Shown here: piece after piece, positions 47,265 to 57,100 of the stretch | Position numbering within the stretch: position 1 is the stretch's first letter | Layout of the letters: every line of letters begins with the position of its first letter | Source of the DNA: Xylographa opegraphella | Taxonomy: Eukaryota | Length of the DNA: 63,333 nucleotides | Reading direction: 5' to 3' | Assembly (NCBI GenBank): GCA_022813865.1 | Contig: JALDZX010000084.1 | Coordinates: 1 to 63,333, forward strand | Notes under the pieces: model-generated | The model's input: only the letters and a program-made list of their open reading frames with translations | The model's database searches: none | What the model was told of the DNA's origin: nothing | Made by a program: the position numbers and the translations under genes

Positions 47265-48460
47265 AAACAACGTATCGGCCAAGTACCAGAGGGCTATCTC
47301 CAGCTCAAGTACACCGTTTTCTAGCTTTCCCATGCGACGATACGTGATCTGGAATTCAAGATCGGCAGCAAGGCACGCAAGGGTGGTACTCGCATCCCTA
47401 AATCGAATGGATTCCTTCGTGAATGTAACATTTGTGACGATCAACGGCTCGAGTTTGGTGAACCTAGCTGTAGATATCCATAACTACTGCCACGTTATCT
47501 GCTCATTCACGAAGTCGGGGCATTAATCTTTTGTGCTTTGCCATAGGCTGCCCGGATGCTGATGACCGCGATGGTTACGGAATAGGAATCATCTGGGTTT
47601 CTTCCCGGTTGGAGAGATCGTCCCACTCGCCATCCAGCAACACCGGTCTTCACACCACACCCTGAATCTCTGGAGGCAGCGCTCAGATGCACGACCAAGT
47701 CCCTTGCCCCGTCAAGAACCCCCCACCATCGCTCCTTCCCACAGGCCCAATCCCAAAACACCCCTCCCCCCTACGCACCACCCATCAACAAAACCCCCCC
47801 CCCAGCGTCTTCGCACAGCGCTGCATATTCAACGCAGCCTGCGCCTCCTCATTCTCGCACGGCTTCATCAGATGCACGCTGCCGAGCGAGCAGCCCATCT
47901 CCGCGAACCGCAGTCGCCGCCGCTGTGGGCCGCCTGCCGGCACTGCAGCCAGGCCGCAACGCCGTCGGCGCTCATCCCCGACGGCGGCGGCTGGCTGACG
48001 CCTTGGCAGCCACCGCTGTTGCCCGGTGGGGGGGTTTGGTGCTGGGTTTCTTGCCGCCGCCGGCGCCGGCGCCTTTGGGGAGGGGGAGGGGCAGGGAGGC
48101 GGGGTTGGGTGGGGAGTGGAGGTTCAGATTAACAGGGGAAAGGAGGGGTTGGTGAGAGTACGAAAGATGTGCAGGAGTGAGTATGCAAGGGTTGAGAGTA
48201 AGAAAGCAGCAATCTTTTGTCGGGGGCGTTGGCGAACCATTAAGTCGGGGAGGTGCTCGCGCTGTTTGTATCGACGTGGTATACAGCTTGCAACATAGCT
48301 CGGTAGCAGAAGATGATCAGTGATATATTTCAGAATATGTTATTCACATCTTGAAGCAGTTAGGTATATACATTATCCAGTACATATGAAGCCCTCCCCC
48401 TATTTCCAGGACGAAGAATGACTACCTCGCCAGCGATCCGCAGCAGCGAGACAGCGTAAA

Positions 48461-49387
48461 CTACGAGCTCTTCTTACCGCTCACGCTGGTACTGACCGGC
48501 TTGACGGCAGCAGTGCTACTCTGCGGAACCGTGGCCGTACTGCTGCCACCACTCGCCGAGCTGCCGCCATTCTGGCTGGCGACTGTGGCCTGCACTACCT
48601 GACCCGCAGTGTTGAACACGATGTTGACGAGGGCGTTGAGCGGCGAGTACGAGTATGTCTTCTGCGTGAGGCCGTTCTGGAGAGTCTGGGTCGCCCCGGT
48701 GAAGGTCATGTTGGTGAGGTAGTTACCCACGATGCTGCTGACCGGGCTGCCGTTGGCGCCGACGACCTGCTGCACGATGTTGCCCAGGTTGTCTACCAAG
48801 AAAGATAGCGTCGTTCCGCCCTGCACGACCGAGCCAAGCAGGCCGTCGACGGCGCCGACGATGGGGGCTAGGGCACTGGTCACGTTGTTGAGGGTGTTGA
48901 TGAGCAGGGGGTTGAGGTCGAGCGAGGAGAAGACGCGGTTGACGATGTCGACGAGGTGGCCGAGGCGGACGATCAGCTCGAGTTCGGCTTGGACGTCGAC
49001 GATGGTGAGGTTGATTTTCTGGACGGAGAGCGCGACGCCGGCGTTGATGGTCACCAGGCTGGCGACGTTGGCGTTGAGGTTGATGTCGGCTTGCAGGTTG
49101 TCCACGTCGAGTTCGATACGGCCGACGGAGAGGTTGGGCACGTTGAGCAGGACATCGGGAGGAGTGGATGAGGATGCGGCGGAGGTGGGCGTGGTTGGTG
49201 TGGACGTAGCAGAAGTGGTCGCCGCCGTGGGAAATACGCTTAGGGTAGATGTAGGCGCGACGGTGGAAGATCTCACAGGGGCGGTTGGCGATGCTGCTGG
49301 AGCGGTGGATGTTGCTGAAAAGACAGGCGCTGCGAAGGTGAGGATGAAGCAAGTGAGAAAGACGCGGAGAACCAGGCGGGAAGACAT
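48461..49387 (-). CDS. Secreted protein of unknown function (paralog A of the divergent pair)
   Basis: Intronless 308-aa ORF with GC-rich third positions. Signal peptide, S/T/P-rich linker, core PDVLLNVPNLSVGRIELDVDNL...NAGV...RLGHLVDIVNRVFSSLDLNP. No Cys in the mature protein. Confidence 0.88.
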   Translation of the reverse strand: MSSRLVLRVFLTCFILTFAAPVFSATSTAPAASPTAPVRSSTVAPTSTLSVFPTAATTSATSTPTTPTSAASSSTPPDVLLNVPNLSVGRIELDVDNLQADINLNANVASLVTINAGVALSVQKINLTIVDVQAELELIVRLGHLVDIVNRVFSSLDLNPLLINTLNNVTSALAPIVGAVDGLLGSVVQGGTTLSFLVDNLGNIVQQVVGANGSPVSSIVGNYLTNMTFTGATQTLQNGLTQKTYSYSPLNALVNIVFNTAGQVVQATVASQNGGSSASGGSSTATVPQSSTAAVKPVSTSVSGKKSS

Positions 49388-49897
49388 CGTGGCGGAAAAG
49401 ACAGGATAGCTGCGAGGAGCGACAGCAAAGCAGTAAGATACACGAAGAGAAAGATGCGAAGTGGAGAAAGAACGTTGAAAAGCAACGCTTCAAAAGAGGG
49501 GAGACTCGACTTCACGGTATGGTATAACTTGATTTCTGGATTAATTTCCCGCGATAATTTCCACTCAGGGGCTGAGGAGGTCGCTGACGTGAGATATTCA
49601 ACGGTCTTGCAGTCTTTTTAAGCTTATTTCTCCAGGTTTGTCCGCTTCGGGACAGCTTTAAATTGCGATTATCCCGCGAGCCGGGATCTTCAACTCCTGA
49701 ACGGTGGACTTGCAGGCCTGCGAGCGCACGTTCCGTGGTTGTTCCTGTTTCGCATCCATATTGTGACGATGAGCTGCCACTCCTTGGATCTTTTCATGTC
49801 ATCCTCTCTTCTTTTCTCGTCTCTCGCCCACCACAAAGACTCGCCACTTGTTTTCTGTGTATCTACTGTTTTATAGCCATCGTTCATTTGCATCGCC

Positions 49898-50785
49898 ATG
49901 TTGCTATCCAGTCTCTACAGCCATGCCTGTCTTTTCCTCCTCATCGCTCCCTTCGTCAGCGCGCAGTCGTCCGATGACTCCGGCTACGTGGGCTACAACC
50001 TCTCCATGAGTGGCGACCCAGATTCGGTCATATATTCGACCTCCTCCACGCCCGCCGATGTCTCGACTACAGTTCCCCAGCCTGATGTCTACTTGAACGC
50101 TTCCGTGAGCGTGGGCGAGATCGATATCACCGTAGCGAATCTCACCGCCAAAATCAACCTGCAAGCGCAGGTGCTCCAGCTGCTCCAATTCAACGCCGGC
50201 GTCGATTTGTCCATTGACCGTGTGGCGCTGAAGATCCAGAATGTCAGCGCAAAGGTCTTGCTCGAGGCCAGGTTGGAAAACCTCGTGCTGATGATCAACG
50301 ATACCCTCAATTCCCTTGACTTGAACCCAATCATAGCAACGCTTGGCCAGGACGTTGGCACCATCGTCAACGAAACGGTCGGCGGACTCACTGGCAGCAC
50401 TTCGCAGTCCAGTGCAATGGTCCCGCGGTCCTTCGAGTTGGCCAACAATATTCTCTACTCCATTAACGACTACAGTGGAAACACGCATACCAACCGGATC
50501 CTAACTCAGAGCGGCAACATTATCGAACAGTCCTTAAACAATGATGGACAGATCTCCGGCCAGCAAGTCGTTGGCACCTATCTGGGCGACATGACCTTCA
50601 ATGGTTACAGCCAGAGCGTGGTCAGGGATGGCCAGACGTTGAAAGAGATGGAGTACGTCTACACACCTATCAATGGGGTGAGCATTGTCAGTGCCGTCTA
50701 TGTCGACGAGGCCGATGCTGTGGTAGCGACGCAGGTGTTGAGTGAGAGTAGCGCAGGAGGAAGCAGCACAGTTGGCGACTTATAG
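49898..50785 (+). CDS. Secreted protein of unknown function (paralog B of the divergent pair)
   Basis: Intronless 295-aa ORF. Signal peptide, core PDVYLNASVSVGEIDITVANL...NAGV...RLENLVLMINDTLNSLDLNP, six N-glycosylation sequons. No Cys in the mature protein. Confidence 0.88.
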   Translation: MLLSSLYSHACLFLLIAPFVSAQSSDDSGYVGYNLSMSGDPDSVIYSTSSTPADVSTTVPQPDVYLNASVSVGEIDITVANLTAKINLQAQVLQLLQFNAGVDLSIDRVALKIQNVSAKVLLEARLENLVLMINDTLNSLDLNPIIATLGQDVGTIVNETVGGLTGSTSQSSAMVPRSFELANNILYSINDYSGNTHTNRILTQSGNIIEQSLNNDGQISGQQVVGTYLGDMTFNGYSQSVVRDGQTLKEMEYVYTPINGVSIVSAVYVDEADAVVATQVLSESSAGGSSTVGDL

Positions 50786-52149
50786 GAAGTGGCCATAGGT
50801 CCTGTTCTGCGATTACACCATTGATGGTAGTGAGGGGTAAGAGAGAGGCGATCTGCAGGCTTACAGAGTAATTGGGCTTCTATTTCTCGAGAATCACAAT
50901 ATACCCGAAGTGGTTCTACAGATGGTAGTCAAAATACATACCCTCGTCTGTAAGACAAATCTTGTGTCCTTCAGTGTTTGTGCTTTAGCGAGTCCTTCCA
51001 ACCTGTTCGATTAACAAGGAAAGCTGACAGCCTTCCGTTCGCAACGTTTCCAAACGCTACCCATTAGCAGCTTGAAAGTGTTGATTTGTCATTTATCCTC
51101 TGTTTACTGCTGAGATTTCTATCCGGTAACAAGTGTAAAGAGCTTTTCATCGTTGGTACTTCCTATTCCTACCCTGGTCCAGAGTACGGCCGACAGTTTC
51201 TTCTCAGTGGCACTCCGGACGATGAACTCCCTCGCCTGTTTTACTGTTGTGTCCAGTCATCGTCTAACTTACAGAATTTGAATTGGGACAGCATTGTCCT
51301 TCAGAAGACTTAAGTCCAAAGGAAATGACAACAGAACAAAAACTGTGTGTATGCTATCGGCTCGCTTGGCGGTCCGGATTATTTCCGACCAAAAAGCAAT
51401 TAACTGGAATAGGAATGGTATGTGACAACTTCTCGCTACTGCAAACCATCCTTGTTTGGGCATAGCGCATTCGGATTTGCCGAACACAAGTCTGGTAGCT
51501 CGAACCGCTGCGTTTCATCTGTTCGTGCTCCAGTAACATGTCCATCATGCAGCATGTCCGAGAACGCCCCTCGGAGGCCGGCTCTGTCAAGTGCCTTCTA
51601 TGAGGGCTAGCTCACAAGCTTGCTTGTATCTCTGGTGCTTTAAGCCTTGTGGCTTTGCAGATCACCGCGCAATCGAAGCTCAAGGGCTGTACTCGAGCCG
51701 TGTGATTGTCGCCGGCGCAATGCGAGTGCTTGATCGGTGTGCGCTCCTGTAAAGTTCAGGAAGGGGCGTGTTTCGGCTCGTGGCTTGCTGGTTTGTGTTA
51801 TGTGGACAAGTATGCCTTACTCTGTACGGAGCTCAGGCATGAGACAAATGAGCAGATCAGCACCACATCCCTTCCAGGCTCCAACAAGCTGGATGTCACC
51901 GCTACCCAAAGCTGGGGGTCATACGGTTCCAGCACAGAGATCCAACGATGAAGATCGCTATCGCCGCCTTCGAGCTTTTGGGTGTGCGACACGGTGCTGG
52001 TATTGGTGGCTGCAAGGCTGGGCCGATTGGTTCTTGGACATGTCCACGGTCCCGCCTCAAACATGCCGGAGCTTGAGGTTTCGGTCATAATCCCAGTACT
52101 GAACGGCTCCATGAGAGCTTCATCTGATACTTGTTGCAAACGACTATTT

Positions 52150-52698
52150 CTTTGGCGTTGTCCCCGTCCTTTCTCGACGCTTTCATGTACGGAAGTCAAC
52201 TCTCTACTCCACTTCTTGTTTGAGAATTTTTTCATTTGCGAGCACTAGCCAGCATAGCGCCGACGATTGCGTCTTTGAGTCTTGGGTTCGTCGAACAATT
52301 TCAGCAGTTAAGCCTAGGGAAGATGCCGTATGATTCTTGGTATACACTTCCCATTCCCTTGATAATTCTACTGTTTGGCCGATTCCTCCTCCCTCATGAA
52401 CACTACTGCAAGCTTGCCTCTATATTAAACCAAACGAGAGGTATCGCACGGGCTGTGCTTTGCGATATCGAATAGCATTTCCTCCTGCCCGAATAGCACT
52501 CCACTCTTCCCCAACTGTCCATCTTAACTTTCCATTCTCCATTTCACATCTTCTTCTTGGTAAGGAGATCCTTATCCAATCTATGACAGGCAAACCAAAC
52601 CAACCGCTGTTCCTGTCCAACGCTCCACTCAGACTTGGAGCTACATCATGCAGCGCTACTACACCGAGCACGACAGATACCAGGCGTTCCTCATCCAT
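52150..52698 (-). pseudogene. Possible decayed gene with HeLo-like N-terminal domain
   Basis: Colinear fragments in shifting frames (MDEERLVSVVLGVVAL; GKLRWTVGEEW; FNIEASLQ/VFMREEESAKQ*; RRTQDSKTQSSALCWLVLANEKIL) loosely recall HeLo motifs. Weak resemblance judged by eye. Confidence 0.25.
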
Positions 52699-53012
52699 GG
52701 CCACCAACCCTCCCATGAAACATATGGACCACACAGCAGCTCAAACTCTCATTCCGTGAATGCACAGCGACACGCCCAGAACGAGGCAGCATTGAAGGAC
52801 AACCTGGGCCCGTCCAAAGGTACGTGGTTCTTCACACGCAAGGGCTGCAAGATCACTGATCGAGACTCACAGGAGGCTCCAAACTGTAACGTTGTTGTAC
52901 GAGCGTCATATCGCGCCCCACCAGCGGCGACCAAGACGGCCCAGCATGGCTTCCTCCAAGCTCGGCCAGACTCGCCTGTTCACCATTGTGACACCGTTGG
53001 AGTGGGGCTTTC

Positions 53013-54117
53013 CACGTGGATCGGCAGCTAGGGACGTCAGTCTAGCGGGGACTGTGAAGCAAAACTGTTTGGTGTCGTCGATCGCTGCGAGGATAATGGT
53101 TCTAGCTGGGAATATGCGAGGAGCACGTTGCCTTGACCTAGTACAAGTAACAAGCTCACGAATCTAACGAACTAAAAAAATCTCTCCCCTTGTCAAACTG
53201 CTCTAATCTTCATCCCCTCCCCCCGTGTCCCCACCAGTAAAACACAATAAACCCACACCCCCATCACCGCCTTTTCAAATCCCTCAAACCGCCTGCCCGA
53301 CCCCTCCCACCTTAAATCCCTCAAACCGCCCGGCCGATCTATCCAAGCATCCAATCCATCCATTAAGCCTCGCGCTATCCTCGCGCTACCTTAGCTCCGC
53401 ACCAGCTCATTAACAACGTGCCCTCCCGTGTGCTAGCTCCACCACCCCACCGCCTCGCCACGTGGAAATTCACAGGGATGTCTCGGCGGCCTTGCCTTAT
53501 CTTGCCCAGCCTAGCCTAATCTAGCGCCCCGCCCGAGACGGACGTGCTGTCCAAGGCATTTACTGTGTACACGGTAAGCATACCGGAAGGATCATCTCGA
53601 ATCCCTATCCTATCGAGTACGGTATTCGTTTCACCGACTTCCACCCCCCGCCCCCCCCATTTCCTTTCGCTCAGCTGTTATTCCACGTGGGAAACCTCAA
53701 TCCCGCAACCAATCAGACTCGCCGTGCAGTTCAGTCCAGTCAGCCCCGGCGCACGAGCGTCGATCGCGAGCGCTCTGGACACGCGCGGGTGTGGAAATCG
53801 GTCTTTGCTGGCTAGGATGCCATACCACCACCCCCCACCCCCCATTAAGCTTTCCTGATTCGTGAAAAGCCGTTGGCGGTCTAGGAGGCTGTTGACGCCT
53901 GGTTGGTAGTTCTTGGTGCAAGCGCTCGCTGGTTGGGTCGGCATGGGATGATTGGTCTGCAGGGGTTTTTATGCGTGCATGTATGTGTGTATGTGGTGTG
54001 GTTTGCACTGGGGGGGGGTGTGGGTCGGGAGGCGGCCACGTGGGAGGGAGGGGGGGTGGATCGCGTGTGGCATTGCGGCTAGGATTTAACGGGTCATGGC
54101 TATGCGAGGGACACGTG
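53013..54117. promoter_or_regulatory. Cluster of CACGTG E-boxes (three as CACGTGGGA)
   Basis: CACGTG at 53013, 53459, 53684, 54037 and 54112. AACGTG variants at 53415 and 54515. Confidence 0.45.
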
Positions 54118-57100
54118 GGATGGGGGGGGGAGGGGGTGTGTATGGGTGATTATCGTAGGTGCGTCCGTGCGTGATGAACTAGGGGCAGAGGATGGTGGTG
54201 GGGGACGTGGTTGGCTAGGAGGCTGCTTGTTTGATCAGGTTGATATGCTTGAACGAGTGCGAACCAGGGGCGGATGTGTTGCCTTGGTGGTATCCTTGCG
54301 CACGAACGGGTTGGCTGAGGCTCGCTGGCTGGGGAGGGAGAGAAGGGATTGGACAGGTTGTGGGCAGGGGGAGCCTGAGGTTTTGGATGGGGATGGCGGG
54401 TCTCTCACCGCTTGTTGGGGGGCATGCGTTGGTTGCGGATGGTGGGTTCGGTGGGTCGGGAAAGTGCGAGTGCGGACTGGGGATCGAAGAGGACAGGAGG
54501 GGGACGAGCGAGCAAACGTGGTGTCGGGAGGGAAAGCGAATGTGGATTGGGGGAGCTTGACGAGCGTGGATGGTTGTTTTCAAGGACATGAGCTGTGTTG
54601 GGTGAGAATTCTGCATGGCCGACGAAGTTTCGCATCACAGGACGAGGTGCGGCTCCATATTTCGAAACATTATTCGTGAACTTCATTCTGTCTAAGCTAG
54701 ACTCCAGACCCTTTGCCAGAGCTGAATACCTGCGCAGGAAGAAGAAATCGCCTTACCAAAACCAATATTCGCTCAGCATGCTCACAACAGTGGTATCATT
54801 GCAGATTATCTGTCACACAACCCGTTAGCCACTCCCATAGCGATAAACATTCCGTCTCACACAAAGAAGCCAGTCGTTTCGTAGTTTGAGAACCTACCTC
54901 CGAATCTGGCACCATAGACAATGTCTGTCAACACTAGCGCTACGCTGTCACCACTATCGAAGCCGCTCGCCTCTCCGCCGGCCATTTCTCTCCAGTCCGC
55001 TTCCCACTGGCGGAGATATTCCGCTATGGTGTAGACCGTGTGATTGGTGGGGTACTGGTGGCTGAGGAGGAAGGTGTAATAACGGCTGCGCTGCTGGGTG
55101 AAGCGCCTTATGCTGTAGCGGTATCGGCAGTGGCTGGACTGGTGGGAGGTGCTGCTGAAGATGATATGAATATTAGTTCTTGTTCATCAGCTCGAGTGCA
55201 TTCGGGGATTTTGCGTAGGGTGCTTACAGCATGATGCTGAGTCTTCAGGGTGCTGCTGGGTGAAAGATGGTGGTGGAGTGTAGTTAGGAATGTGTAGTCA
55301 GGAAGGATAATAGCTGTAAATGGTTCCGAAGTGGAAGTCTGAATTGAGCGGGTGTCGTGTAAGAGGGGGGGTTCCTTAGAGAAGAGACGATAACAACTGT
55401 GAAAATCACTTCCACGATACAACGATCAAAATATAGGGGTGAAGAGAATTGCTAGACTATGCACCAAAATCAGGTAAATGCAATAACCTTTAAAGACTGG
55501 CAATACAAGCAGTATACTCTTGTAATCTATAGGTGAGAATTACAGCAATGCAATGTGAGAATAGGAGACTGGCTTGGATGACATCCAGGAGAACACAACA
55601 ATAGTTATCGAGATAGCAAAGATGTGTTCGGCGCCAGCAGGTTACAAGGCATTAGATGTGGTGGATATCGTTGTCAAGCGAGTCCAGCAAGGACACAGAC
55701 CTCGCAGTATCTGGATGGACGGCCTCGAGCAGCCGATGCATGCATTCCGCTGCAATCGAGTAGGAAAAATGGAGAAGAGCGTCTATAACGGAAGGCTGCG
55801 GTGTAGTGCATAAGAATTCGCGAGGATTACCATACTAATGTATGGTCAGCAATGTTGTTTTTAGCTTTGGCCGGTGCAAGGGTTGAGTGGAAGAGTCGTG
55901 GAGATCGAGTGCAGCTATCCCCTGCACAACAGAATCTTCCGAATCGTTTCGCGTGTAATTGTTTTCTTAGTCTGTACTAGGTCTTGGAGTTGAGCGCACC
56001 ATCCAAGTTTCTGAAGCTCCTAGGCAGACACGGGTAGACAAAATCATCAAGTTGCGCTCAGCTACATCACTTCTCCCCAAGGGTAGCCACTTTTGGCGTT
56101 AGCAACAGAGACCAGGACACGTGCAATAAGGCATACATGTGACGCCGAACCAGTGATGGAATTCACCTTGAAACCCACGTAACATTGACTATTAAATCCA
56201 AGAAATGTCGCACGCAGCCAGGCTGACCAGCAGTTTACTGCAGGGTCGACCAATAGCGGAGGTCAAAGACTATTTTGGGCCACGGGGTCCTGGCTGTAAG
56301 AATCTGCTCGAGCGATTGGGATGAACACACGGTGCGAGCGTTGTAGCAAAGTTGATTTCCACGAGGTCGGACGGTCAACAAAGTCAACCCTCCTTCATCA
56401 TCAACTCTCCAGACTTGAAGGTCCCTGCAAGGGGGTTAATGTCCTGCATTATGGAATCTATTTCCAGAACACCATGTGCGAGAGCCGCAAAACTTCGTCG
56501 AGGTACGGTCCAGTGAGAATCAAGAAGGGTTTCGAATTGCAGATCGGATGGTGTAGTTGCCAGAATTGCGTCTGCGCCTACCCCTTCGTAATTGCAAATC
56601 CGCTCAACGGTGTCATGCGTTCACTTTTCATCGATCAAATCGTTGGAAGCACTAGCCGCCCGGCAGGCTATCGGAGTCGACCGAGCACTCCTGTCGTTGC
56701 CAATTATATATCAGGCTCTCGGTTGACAGCTCTCGCCATTGGCGACGGATTTGTCGGTGTTGTGGATTTAGCCCTCAATGCAGGAGTGATCTTCTGATGG
56801 ATGACACCCATAGCCAACGTCCATGGTACTAGGCAAGGAGTCGTATACGCAGCCTTGTCCTGGGTTGTTTGTTTCTGGCGCGTAACAGATGCATCAGGAA
56901 GCCGAACACGGTGCCGAGCAGCATTGGATGAAGTGCTATACCCTTATAGTACTAGCTCCGAGCTTGAGAGATCACGTGCTGCTAAGGCCACGGATGCTCA
57001 TTCCCTGTTCTGCCCCCAGAATAGTGCTACGATGCTCATGATGCATCCGGCATCAATTGCTTATATGTCAGGACTCTAAAGACCCAATCAGAGCCATCTT

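Noticed and set aside
46652..47526. Long ORFs on both strands (HHNWHTT/CGVPNVVCQ repeats)
   Set aside because: Artefacts of the 14-bp repeat and the N-gap.
48723..50488. Alternate-frame and antisense ORFs over the secreted pair (48723-49493, 48732-49409, 49904-50488)
   Set aside because: Shadow ORFs caused by high GC3 in the real genes.
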